A stretch of DNA of 64,000 bases from Elusimicrobiota bacterium (lineage in GTDB: Bacteria > Elusimicrobiota > Elusimicrobia > F11): positions 16,687 to 80,686 of the forward strand of contig JBJXGI010000056.1 of the NCBI GenBank assembly GCA_046153645.1. Reading direction: 5' to 3'. Shown one piece after another: positions 48,801 to 57,348 of the stretch. The notes under the pieces were generated by a model that had not been told where the DNA came from, searched no databases, and saw only the letters and a program-made list of their open reading frames with translations. Both the position numbers and the translations under genes were made by a program. Each line of letters starts with the position of its first letter. The first letter of the stretch is position 1.

Positions 48801-49163
48801 TCAGTTGTTGATGAGTGTTTTGCGATCCTAGGTGGGTTCTTGAATAGCGCCAAATATAAAGAGCTAACCAAGGTTAAAATTCTAGCTCGTGAAGTTCCGT
48901 TTATGTATGCCCTTGAGCCAATAAAAGAAGATTCGTCGCTAACCATGAGAGGAGTTATGGATCTTGTGTATGAAGATAACAATAAAATTTTTATTCTTGA
49001 TTATAAAACCAATCAGTTAAAAGGGAAAAAACTTTCAGAAATATTGACTCACTACCAACCACAGGCCAAGATATACAAAACGGCAATAAAAAAAATATTA
49101 AACCAGGAAGCGGAGTTTGAGATTTTATTTCTAAGAGAGTCGAGTTGTCATTTGTTAAATTAG
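45891..49163 (+). CDS. addA: AddA/RexA-like UvrD helicase-nuclease
   Basis: AGAGTGKT, TFTRKAA, DEFQDT, VGDPKQSIYRFRGAD, TIHKAKGLEF, YVALTRA, G.MDL...DYKT. Confidence 0.93.
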   Translation: MKIVIDQLDRDRIISSLDENVIVMAGAGTGKTTLLIGRLLELIFVKQIPVEKIVALTFTRKAAEELRERLEDRLRDIVENPVKYGDPEKVIKLAEKALFDIPKSQIGTIHGFAGHLLRLYPLQAGVDPSFREDEGDGFHLLFESLWKEWLYVELGENAPRQEQWFKMLNEMGMDDIKLFAKNMASFSDDMSDSLKASEFKNIFIPIFSQLKELKNRMGLPKKSSGFSERFELIEKTLSQLINEGKFTKDSVEQISNLSDYVPKEWQEDEDAPIVYKKALRLLKKALLVNDKIFYELNDLLTPFINQVRKKLSQQGIIPFDSILMFTRNLLRDHLLVREALKKQYVTFLIDEFQDTDPLQGEILFYLAEVKGKSALNWRQVQLEPGRLFVVGDPKQSIYRFRGADIAAFEDFWNLMRDQGAYEAILKANFRSEPQIISAVNQIFSIGMVESSLIQPKYEELTSHLDGTLETACEIFYLQSQSDSSLSASQQREVEADAMARWIHEWVGKKCGERILEYRDIAFLLRGSHAFFPYLEAFRRYGIPYLTEGEKTFYQRPEVTEMFNLLSAILNPEDTLALVGVMRSPLGGFTDAEIFELKKSNSLDYRRKSIVLKEKTGFLFEALKELNECCLDDPLGDFIEKVFARLPVLEINFKRHDGDQSIANVLKIKRMAMDWLEKESLTLKEFVERLRDHREDEREEGENPLADAQFNAVKIMTIHKAKGLEFPVVFLPNLSASLASSKQIKPQKIFDWRTQKLGVRLPSSGMINSSMLILEEELEMKEKAEEVRVFYVALTRAKNKLMLGLKEKSRGIPPYVSILKGGKFWPHESKDFLLKDQSCITVQILEEKRPKPFKKSKDLFEINHALSPSSLAEKMSKRESDFEKLLVKKLIISPSFKMSESDSKLDDSAMFFYGNENRVSPEQSILIGHICHKVLEKWDFQILKAVHEVLKKHIYQAAHYFDFNPDNKEYESVVDECFAILGGFLNSAKYKELTKVKILAREVPFMYALEPIKEDSSLTMRGVMDLVYEDNNKIFILDYKTNQLKGKKLSEILTHYQPQAKIYKTAIKKILNQEAEFEILFLRESSCHLLN

Positions 49164-49227
49164 TCTTTTATTCGGAGGGGGCGAAAATCCTGTTTACATC
49201 GTCGGATAGATTATGGTATACATCTTG

Positions 49228-49304
<77 letters not shown>

Positions 49305-49357
49305 TTTAAAACATAGCTTAAGAGCACCAGGGAAAACTTAAGTCAGCTTAGAATCTC

Positions 49358-49393
49358 AAGGCGTTTCGGAGTTTTCCGGAGCGTCTTTTTTTT
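49358..49393 (+). terminator. Rho-independent terminator after tRNA
   Basis: AAGGCGTTTCGGA-GTTT-TCCGGAGCGTCTT followed by T run. Confidence 0.8.
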
Positions 49394-49523
49394 GTCCAAA
49401 GGCGAGAAAGTAGGTTACCTGTTGAGTTGGATTTATCTTTGTTTTGGCCTATTTAGCACTGTTGCCGATCAGTAAACCGATCACTTCAAATGGCCTTTCT
49501 ACTTAGGATGAAGACGAGCACCC

Positions 49524-50717
49524 ATGATAACAACAATCAATGAAAATATAAGAATTTGGAAGGAATTTAATCCTTTTGACTCAAAACGTTCTTGGGTAGA
49601 ACTTGCCTTTAATAAAGAACGTATTGCAATTAGGAATCGCTGGTTTGATGTTTTAACTCCAGGCGAGGTTGTACGTAAACGGAATAGTGACGGCTACTAT
49701 AGGGTAATTTACATCCAAATAGATTTGGAAAGTGGCGAATATTATATCGGTAAAGCCAATCGCCCCACATGGCGTGTATTAAAGCGATATCAAGGATCTG
49801 GTTTAAAATTTTCAAATAAATTCAAAATTAATGGCCATCGGTTCGTTCGTTATTACATCGCGACATGTGAAACTGCTGAGGAAACAGAACAACTTGAGGC
49901 TTCGATTGTTGATGTTGACCTTTTGTCTGACGAGAAGTGTCTAAATCTTGTTGCTGGCGGAGGTGGAACAAGTAAACATCCGTCCATAGCAGAAACGAGC
50001 GAAAAAAAACGTGAATGGATAAAAAAACATCCTGAACAATTTAAACCTATGCTCGAAGCTTCCAAAAGAGCGTTTCGATCAGGTGATACCCCAGCACTTC
50101 GCGCGCGTAGTCAAAGAATTAAAGAAACCATGAGTGCAGACAAATACCGCGAGATGACCCGAGCACGAATCATTAAGTGGATGGCTGAAAAGCCCGAGGA
50201 ATATGCTGAAGCAAGAAAGAAAAATCTTGAAAAACTCAAAACCCCTGAACGCGAAGCCAAGCGAAAGGCTAGCCTTGAAAAGTGGGTTGAGAAAAATCCA
50301 GAAAAATATAAAGCTTGGCAGGAAAAACTAATAAATTCGCGTAATAGCCAAAAAGCTATTGAAAAGAAAAAAGCATCGCTAAAAGAATGGCGCGATAAAC
50401 ATCCTCAGCAAGCGCAAGCAAATGCACAAAAAAGAGCTCAGGCCGCCGGAGCGAAACTCAGTAAAGAAGTTCAGATGCTTGATTTACAGTCAGGGCAGAC
50501 TTTAAGAGTATTTCCAAGTCAACATGCGGCAGCAAAGTGGTTGGTAGAAAATGGTAAAGCCAAAAATATGAATTGTGTTTCATCGATCAGTTCTGTTTGC
50601 TTACGGAAACCATGTACAACTGGATATGGGCATCGAAAAAAAGCTTTTGGGTATGACTGGCGTTTTACATCGGAAATCAAATCTGAATTAACACTGCTAA
50701 CAACACGGTTCACTTGA
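49524..50717 (+). CDS. GIY-YIG (Seg-like) homing-type endonuclease with NUMOD-like C-terminus
   Basis: VIY....LESGEYYIGK...YQGSG, E..E, CLNLVAGG; K/E-rich helical repeats; C-terminal FPSQHAAAKWL...GYDWRF HTH. Confidence 0.8.
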   Translation: MITTINENIRIWKEFNPFDSKRSWVELAFNKERIAIRNRWFDVLTPGEVVRKRNSDGYYRVIYIQIDLESGEYYIGKANRPTWRVLKRYQGSGLKFSNKFKINGHRFVRYYIATCETAEETEQLEASIVDVDLLSDEKCLNLVAGGGGTSKHPSIAETSEKKREWIKKHPEQFKPMLEASKRAFRSGDTPALRARSQRIKETMSADKYREMTRARIIKWMAEKPEEYAEARKKNLEKLKTPEREAKRKASLEKWVEKNPEKYKAWQEKLINSRNSQKAIEKKKASLKEWRDKHPQQAQANAQKRAQAAGAKLSKEVQMLDLQSGQTLRVFPSQHAAAKWLVENGKAKNMNCVSSISSVCLRKPCTTGYGHRKKAFGYDWRFTSEIKSELTLLTTRFT

Positions 50718-50776
50718 CGTAACCCACGCTTCGCACTCTTAGCACCCTTTAATTTTCCAATCGAACAGTAACCGGA

Positions 50777-51895
50777 TCACTTCTTCAAGTCGGATCCGCC
50801 GTCCTTTTGTCTCTTTAGTTCATCCATCTCTTGCAGTGCCTTATCAAATATCGACATGAATTCCTTCACTTCCTGTCTTTCAATATCCGCGTCTGCGAAG
50901 AGATGCTCATCGAGGTAGGATTTGAGTTCCTTCGTAGAAGCCGTAAACACATCGTAGACCTCGTCGTTCTCGAGTGCATCGCCAAAGTTTTCAACGATCG
51001 TATTCAAGACAACCATAACACTCCACAACAACATGATGCTGACCGTAAGAGATTTTAGGAGGTTAGGCGTAGGACCAATCCAGCAGGTGAGTGTGATGTT
51101 TTTCGGATTTTCTTTGTTCTTTTGGATCGACGTGAAAGATTTTATTGCTTCGAATGTTCCGTGCGGTCCTCTCGCGCAAAAAAACGAATAGATCGGGTCG
51201 AATTTTGGCTTCCCGAGTTTCTTACGAACCTCTCCAGGCTGCATTTCTTTCTGTGCCTCCCGATCCTCTTCGGTATTGAGCCAATGTTTTACCGAGGCAG
51301 GATCGACTGTGAAAAGCTTAATCTTGTCTGAAAATTCAAGGATCGTTCGTATGTGAGAGTTCGCCTGGTTCACGAGGTAATGTTGCGAGAGGTAGTGCGC
51401 TGCCAAAAGTTCATTAATGCATCCGAATAGAAGCGTTATGCGGGCCACTCCAGCAGGACCGGTGTAATTCTTTTTTGTCACGTCTGAGGTTAGATCTAAG
51501 ACACTTTGCAGGTGCTTCTTGAACAAAGTATCCGCGTCTTTCAAGAACTTGGGCTGATCTGGCAACGGCTGCGATAACGATTTGATTGTATGTTCTGCGT
51601 TTAGGCTCGGGTTGGATAAACTCGCCAGTCCTCGTTCCATTTTCTTCCTCTGACTGGATGGCGGCATTTTGGAAACCGTCTCTGTCAATTGGGTTTCCAT
51701 ATTGTTGAGAATCGTGTCGGCCATAGCTTTACATTCATCATCCAGCTCTTGGTACTTGGTCCCCATGATTCCCAGCATGGCCTGAAGGATTTGAGTCGAT
51801 GCATCAGGCTTTGTTAGATCGACATCTTTAAGCTTCGTTCGGATAAGTTGTTGTAGTTCGGGTTTTGTAATCATTGTTTTTGATGTCGTAGCCAA
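50777..51895 (-). CDS. Hypothetical all-helical protein, DUF5677/HEPN-like
   Basis: 372-aa ORF with A...IRTILE and Y..FC....H pattern; family assignment tentative. Confidence 0.55.
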   Translation of the reverse strand: MATTSKTMITKPELQQLIRTKLKDVDLTKPDASTQILQAMLGIMGTKYQELDDECKAMADTILNNMETQLTETVSKMPPSSQRKKMERGLASLSNPSLNAEHTIKSLSQPLPDQPKFLKDADTLFKKHLQSVLDLTSDVTKKNYTGPAGVARITLLFGCINELLAAHYLSQHYLVNQANSHIRTILEFSDKIKLFTVDPASVKHWLNTEEDREAQKEMQPGEVRKKLGKPKFDPIYSFFCARGPHGTFEAIKSFTSIQKNKENPKNITLTCWIGPTPNLLKSLTVSIMLLWSVMVVLNTIVENFGDALENDEVYDVFTASTKELKSYLDEHLFADADIERQEVKEFMSIFDKALQEMDELKRQKDGGSDLKK

Positions 51896-52036
51896 TTCTA
51901 CCGCGCCATTAGGCTTCGTTCTATTTATTTCTATTTCGCTGAAGTCATGGTCACCAGAAGTATTTATTGCAAATACCCCGAATTGATCAGAGAATTGTTG
52001 GTATGAGTTTTACGTTTTTAAACGCAGGCAAAACGC

Positions 52037-52402
52037 ATGCCTGGTAGGCCATTCAAGTCTGGAAACACGGCGGCGGTGGGGCACGGGCGACCAAAAGGGT
52101 CCAGTCGTGTGCTGACGTGCCGGGAGTTCGCGGAGAAGGAAGGATTCCAGCGGCTGATCGGCCTTGCGCGCGGAGAAAGCTATCGGGTCAAGAGAGATGG
52201 GAAGGAGATCGATCTATATCCTGATCTCGATTTAATCTTTGAGGCGCTCAAGCTGCTGCTGGCCTACGGCATCGGGAAGCCCGCTCAATTGCTGAACGTG
52301 ACGCACAACGTCGATTCACTCGCTGATTGGGCACATAGATATTTTGCAGCTGTCCATTCCCCACCGCTTGAACAAATCGACCAGAAAGAGAAATCAGAAT
52401 AG
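52037..52402 (+). CDS. Terminase small subunit-like protein (DUF5681-type N-terminus)
   Basis: PFKSGN....GRPKGS N-terminus and LL.YG.GKP.Q...VTH C-terminal pattern. Confidence 0.65.
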   Translation: MPGRPFKSGNTAAVGHGRPKGSSRVLTCREFAEKEGFQRLIGLARGESYRVKRDGKEIDLYPDLDLIFEALKLLLAYGIGKPAQLLNVTHNVDSLADWAHRYFAAVHSPPLEQIDQKEKSE

Positions 52403-52535
52403 GAAGCGCCACAACTCTTTCCGAAGCTATCAAGCCATAAATCAAATCCCATTAGCGTAGCCAACAGGCGCTAGACGGATCGATCCAAAACAGATCTGAT
52501 TACTATCCAAAACCAAAATAGACCCAGTCAGGGCA

Positions 52536-53315
52536 TTGGTTTCGGACTCTATGGCTCGAAAAGTAATCAATCAAACACCACTAAGTAGTGATTTAAAAAC
52601 GATTTCCGAATTCGTTTCGGTTCGGGAATTAATATTCGAAATTCAGAAAACCAGAAAGAAAAGCGAAGAGGTAATTGAGGTCAGCGACGGGAACGATGGA
52701 TGGACTCCGACTGGAAATACGGGAGATTTCCACGTCCAAGAGCGGATAGAAGGGATTGATTATTTGTTGAAGTACAAGGTCATTTCAAAACAAAAACAGG
52801 TTAAGAAAAATGGAGTTATAAAATTTCGACTAAAAATAAATCCGAAGCCCTTTGCTGCGTTGTCAAAAATAATTGACGAATCAATAGAAGAGGATAAAAG
52901 GCAGAGAGCTAAGATAAATCCTTCTTCGGTTCAATTATCCCTCCGGCGACAATCCAAATTGGGAAAATCAAATCCTGCCCCCAATAGAATAAGCCTAATT
53001 CACAAGCCAAAACCATCAATTCCATGCAAGCTAATGCCTGATGCAATTAGAATCGGAAATCAAACTCACAAGCTTGGTCGTCCCGAGGTTCGATTCTTAA
53101 TTCAATATGCCTTTGAGAAGACGCTATCCGGTGAAAGCGAAATCTCAAAGCATCTTGCTTTTAGGTATTTGAAAAATAGACGACAGTGCACGATCGCGCA
53201 ATTCAGTGATGTGTTCCGAGGTAAGAGGCACATTTGGCGGGCCCTTTTCCAAGAAGCATCGAACAATAGGCACTTTCGCATTAAAGACGAGATACAGATC
53301 GTCAAGCCGAGTTAA
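52536..53315 (+). CDS. Hypothetical basic protein, possibly DNA-binding
   Basis: 259-aa K/R-rich ORF; no recognised motif. Confidence 0.55.
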   Translation: MVSDSMARKVINQTPLSSDLKTISEFVSVRELIFEIQKTRKKSEEVIEVSDGNDGWTPTGNTGDFHVQERIEGIDYLLKYKVISKQKQVKKNGVIKFRLKINPKPFAALSKIIDESIEEDKRQRAKINPSSVQLSLRRQSKLGKSNPAPNRISLIHKPKPSIPCKLMPDAIRIGNQTHKLGRPEVRFLIQYAFEKTLSGESEISKHLAFRYLKNRRQCTIAQFSDVFRGKRHIWRALFQEASNNRHFRIKDEIQIVKPS

Positions 53316-53519
53316 TTTTTTTCGATACGCCTCTCCTTCTCTAACCTTCCCTCCTCACTTTCTCCGCAGTAACTAAATCTTCGCGCCCTTTCTTTCTCGT
53401 AAACCTCCACTGGCTTTCGCTGGGTTTTTGCTTTGTTTCTGCTTTGTATCTCTGGTTGAGCAAACAATCCGGAAGGTCCATTATCGTGCTCAAGTGAATT
53501 ACATGTGAGGAGGATGCGA

Positions 53520-53732
53520 ATGAAAGAATTGATGAGTGTTCAGGAAGTTCTGTCTTGCTTGAGAATTTCATCGAGCACGTTACGTGAATGGGATAGGAAA
53601 AGAGTCTTGCCAGCAAAAAGGAACCAATTCGGATGGCGGTTATATGCATTCGAAGACGTTAATCGAATCAAATGCAAGTTGAATTACGATCGTCCAGACG
53701 GGAAGAAGTTTTTTCATGCAGGGAATAAATAA
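53520..53732 (+). CDS. MerR/Xis-like HTH protein
   Basis: SD GAGGAGG; LMSVQEV...LRISSSTLREWD...RNQFGWRLY..EDV. Confidence 0.85.
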   Translation: MKELMSVQEVLSCLRISSSTLREWDRKRVLPAKRNQFGWRLYAFEDVNRIKCKLNYDRPDGKKFFHAGNK

Positions 53733-53753
53733 TTTAAATCTAAGGAGAATGAG

Positions 53754-54377
53754 ATGAAAGAAGATGAGATCAAAAGCGATGCAAGTCAGAACATAAATAA
53801 TGATGAAACCAATGCGGCGGCGGATATCGATCTTGAAAAGCTCCGACTAGGCCAAAACTACGCTGAAATAGGAGGAGTGAAAAAGAAAGTCCTTAATATT
53901 AATGTTAAGCGACCGCATAAGCAGCAATTTTTTCAGACACACCCCGATGAGTCATTCCGGATGACGACCTATATTCTGGAGTACAAGGGCGAAGGTGAAA
54001 GTGAAAATTATTTGATTGATCCTAGTTTATGGGAAGAGCTCTCATCTGAAATAGTTCCAAAAATTCTTTTCACTGTTATTTCCCGCCAGGGTGATATCTC
54101 ATTGTGGCCAATACGTATGCCTGGAAAAGATGGACGGCAAGATAATTGGAGTCGTTCAGCGCTGGATGGCGCTCATGCTGCAATGAAAGAGTGGGTTCGG
54201 CTTAATCCAAATAAAGCAGTTGGTAGCTATGAAGTATTTATTCCTCAGGGTGAGTTATCCGGCCCCGAATGGCCCAACATAACTTTCCAGGAAATCTTAA
54301 ACATCGCATTTAAGGATCGTTACATTAGGAATGTGGATCACCCCATTCTCAAAAAGCTTCGAGGGGAATCAATGTGA
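53754..54377 (+). CDS. PolA-associated hypothetical protein (possible ssDNA-binding/replication accessory)
   Basis: SD AAGGAG; 4-bp overlap with polymerase gene; aromatic-rich core. Function inferred from position only. Confidence 0.65.
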   Translation: MKEDEIKSDASQNINNDETNAAADIDLEKLRLGQNYAEIGGVKKKVLNINVKRPHKQQFFQTHPDESFRMTTYILEYKGEGESENYLIDPSLWEELSSEIVPKILFTVISRQGDISLWPIRMPGKDGRQDNWSRSALDGAHAAMKEWVRLNPNKAVGSYEVFIPQGELSGPEWPNITFQEILNIAFKDRYIRNVDHPILKKLRGESM

Positions 54378-56092
54378 GCTATAGGTCAATTTGGTGCGTG
54401 GATTTTGAATATCAACACGATCCTGGGGAAAATCCTTCACCAGTGTGCATGGTGGCAAGAGATATTCTCAGTGGGGCTAAATATCGGGTGTGGCGAGAGG
54501 AATTAAATTCGATGAAGCTCCCACCCTATGATTTGGATTCCAATAGCCTTTTCGTGTGTTTCTATGCCCCGGCCGAATTAAGTTGCCATTTGGTACTGGG
54601 TTGGCCATTTCCGACCAACATTCTTGATTTATTCGCGGAGTTCCGAAATAAAACCAATGGACTTAATCCAAATTGTGGAAATGGATTAGTTGGAGCTCTT
54701 GCCTATCACGGAATCGATTCGATTGGGGCCGCCGAAAAAGACGCCATGCGACAAAAAATAATGTCCGGTGGGCCATGGTCTGCGGAAGAGAAGCAGGAGA
54801 TTCTCGATTATTGTGAGTCTGATGTGATTGCCCTTGAGCGATTGATGGGAAAAATATTCGGTGAAATTGATATTCCGCGGGCGCTCCAACGCGGACGGTA
54901 CATGAAAGCGGTCAGCAAAATCGAGCATTGCGGAGTTCCTATTGATCTTGAGTTGTTAGGACGTCTGAAGCATGAGTGGGATGGGATTAAGGACCAGCTA
55001 ATAAAAAATGTTGATTCAAAGTATGGAGTGTTTGAAGGTTCATCATTTCGCTCTGATCTCTGGGGTAACTGGCTTATTAAAAACAAGATCCCCTGGCCCC
55101 GTTTGGATTCAGGGAGACTAGCATTGGATGACGAGACGTTTCGTCAAATGGCTAGAGCTTATCCGACTGTAGCTCCAATTAGAGAGTTGCGTGATTCACT
55201 GTCAAAAATGCGGCTAGCTGATCTTGAGGTCGGCGTTGATGGAAGGAATCGATGCATGTTATCGCCCTTTCGGAGCAAAACAGGACGTAACCAGCCCAGC
55301 AACAGCAGATTTATTTACGGTCCCTCCGTTTGGTTGCGGGGACTTATAAGGCCCGAAAATGGGATGGCGATCGCTTATCTTGACTGGTCCCAGCAAGAAT
55401 TTGGCATCGCTGCTGGTTTGTCGGTTGATCCCGTAATGATGGAAGCCTATTCAAGCGGCGACCCCTATTTAGCATTTGCAAAACAAGCCGGTGCTATTCC
55501 ACCAGAAGGAAGTAAGGAGACCCACTCAGCCATACGAGATCAATTCAAAGCCTGTGTGTTGGCCGTGCAATATGGGATGGGGGAAATTTCACTGGCAACT
55601 CGATTAGGGCGGTCAATTGAAAGAGCCCGTGAGCTACTGACGTTACACCGAAAAACCTTTAGGAAATTCTGGGCTTGGTCCGACGCTGTCCAGGATTACG
55701 CCATGCTTCATAATCGACTTTGGACAACGTTTGGATGGAATTTATTTATTGAGGATAAATCGAACCCGAGATCACTTCGGAATTTTCCGATGCAAGCCAA
55801 TGGAGCTGAGATGTTGCGATTTGCGTGTTGTTATCTGACGGAGGCGGGTATTCGTGTTTGTGCGCCGGTTCATGACGCCATTTTGATCGAAGCGCCGGCA
55901 AACGAAATTGAAGAAATAACGAGATTTTCTCAGGCCTTGATGGCGAAAGCCAGTGAGGTCGTTTTAAGTGGTTTTTCTCTCCGTTCGGATGCAAAGATCG
56001 TCCGATTTCCAGACCGCTATCAAGACCCAAGAGGCAAGGTGATGTGGGATGAGGTGATGGGATTGCTCACTTATGAGACAGCTTCCTGCTGA
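54374..56092 (+). CDS. Phage-type family A DNA polymerase (3'-5' exo plus polymerase, no 5' nuclease)
   Basis: ExoI VDFE, ExoIII YCESD, TGRN, motif A DWSQQE, motif B R...K...L...YG, RNFPMQA, motif C VHDA. Confidence 0.92.
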   Translation: MSYRSIWCVDFEYQHDPGENPSPVCMVARDILSGAKYRVWREELNSMKLPPYDLDSNSLFVCFYAPAELSCHLVLGWPFPTNILDLFAEFRNKTNGLNPNCGNGLVGALAYHGIDSIGAAEKDAMRQKIMSGGPWSAEEKQEILDYCESDVIALERLMGKIFGEIDIPRALQRGRYMKAVSKIEHCGVPIDLELLGRLKHEWDGIKDQLIKNVDSKYGVFEGSSFRSDLWGNWLIKNKIPWPRLDSGRLALDDETFRQMARAYPTVAPIRELRDSLSKMRLADLEVGVDGRNRCMLSPFRSKTGRNQPSNSRFIYGPSVWLRGLIRPENGMAIAYLDWSQQEFGIAAGLSVDPVMMEAYSSGDPYLAFAKQAGAIPPEGSKETHSAIRDQFKACVLAVQYGMGEISLATRLGRSIERARELLTLHRKTFRKFWAWSDAVQDYAMLHNRLWTTFGWNLFIEDKSNPRSLRNFPMQANGAEMLRFACCYLTEAGIRVCAPVHDAILIEAPANEIEEITRFSQALMAKASEVVLSGFSLRSDAKIVRFPDRYQDPRGKVMWDEVMGLLTYETASC

Positions 56093-56170
56093 ATAAGTGG
56101 ACAGGGGCCTGGTTCATTTTGACACACCCGTCTAAGTAATTAAGAGAGATCAGTAAGAGGGATTATATTT

Positions 56171-56536
56171 ATGAGTGATATAGATATTGAAACCATGAGG
56201 ATACCCACAAAGATTGACGTTGGGATAACGGAAGTATCTGAGAAAAAATCTTTAGAAAACAAACCCGCAGCATATATCAGGAGAATGCCTTTAGATTGGG
56301 CCAGAAGGGCTGGAATACTTAGAGGAAAAGCTCTGTTTGTGGGCTGTGAATTGTGGTTTTTGGCGGGAGTAAATAAATCCAGACGTTTTCCGTTCAACCT
56401 TTTCAAAGTTGCAAGAAAACGAAATGTATCACGAGCTTCTTTGTCGCGTGGGTTAACGAGTTTAGAGAAAGCCAAATTAGTCAAAGTCGATCGAAAACCT
56501 GGCTGTCAATGTATGGTCGAGGTGTTGGAGATATGA
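56171..56536 (+). CDS. Winged-HTH hypothetical protein
   Basis: VSRASLSRGLTSLEKAKLVKV.RKPG wHTH pattern. Confidence 0.65.
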   Translation: MSDIDIETMRIPTKIDVGITEVSEKKSLENKPAAYIRRMPLDWARRAGILRGKALFVGCELWFLAGVNKSRRFPFNLFKVARKRNVSRASLSRGLTSLEKAKLVKVDRKPGCQCMVEVLEI

Positions 56537-56545
56537 AAGAGATTT

Positions 56546-57121
56546 ATGTTCAAAAATATTGAAAATTTAAAATTTAAAACAGTTGTCTGTGATCCACCTT
56601 GGCAATTCAGAAGGCAACCAAAGTCCGTCGGTCCAACTTATAACCTGCTCACCTTGGATGAGATTAAATTGTTTCCAATAAGAGACATCTCCGATGAAAA
56701 TGCACATCTTTACTTGTGGATTCCTAATGCCTTCATCAAAGAGGGTGTGAGCGTAATGGAAGCATGGGGGTTTTCATACAAGACGGTTATCACGTGGGTA
56801 AAGCACCAAGTCGGGGTAGGCAACCATTTCAGGAACTCTAGTGAGCAAATCTTATTTGGTGTCCGTGGACGATTGCCATTATTACGCCGGGATCTTCGCA
56901 CCTGGTTCCTGGCCGATCGGCGCCAACATAGTCGAAAGCCGGATGAGTTCTATCGAATTGTGGAATCAGCTTCTCCTGGGCCAAGGATCGATGTTTTCTC
57001 CCGCGAAATGCGTCACGGCTGGGCGCAGTGGGGCGATGAGTGTAATTTTTTCAATCAAAAAATAACGGAGGAAAATTATGCCAGCAACAATGTCGGAGCA
57101 AAACCAACTATTAACGGCTAA
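56546..57121 (+). CDS. MT-A70 family adenine methyltransferase
   Basis: DPPW, HLYLW, WGFSYK..ITWVK, E..LFG.RG, HSRKP, D.FSR...GW..WG.E. Confidence 0.93.
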   Translation: MFKNIENLKFKTVVCDPPWQFRRQPKSVGPTYNLLTLDEIKLFPIRDISDENAHLYLWIPNAFIKEGVSVMEAWGFSYKTVITWVKHQVGVGNHFRNSSEQILFGVRGRLPLLRRDLRTWFLADRRQHSRKPDEFYRIVESASPGPRIDVFSREMRHGWAQWGDECNFFNQKITEENYASNNVGAKPTING

Positions 57122-57284
57122 GCAAGCAGCCGAATTTCTGCGTGTGTCTATTTTCACTTTGTATGGGTGGACCAGCGCTGGAAAAATTCCACACCGAAAG
57201 GTCGGCAGTCTCTTGCGGTTCGATGTGAACGAGCTGGTGGAATGGACCAAGTCCAACGGCCAGATGGGGATAAAAACTGCTTGA
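57078..57284 (+). CDS. Excisionase-like HTH_17 protein
   Basis: LLTAKQAAEFLRVS..TLY.W...GKIP..KVG..LRF...EL..W. Confidence 0.88.
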   Translation: MPATMSEQNQLLTAKQAAEFLRVSIFTLYGWTSAGKIPHRKVGSLLRFDVNELVEWTKSNGQMGIKTA

Positions 57285-57348
57285 TCAAGCATCCTGATCT
57301 GATCAATGATCAGTCATTCGCTATGTTTCGCCAGAGAGGTATGAGTTT

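Noticed and set aside
1004..48982. Many 60-160 aa ORFs antisense or out of frame within long genes
   Set aside because: They are shadows of well-supported genes and have no motifs or RBS.
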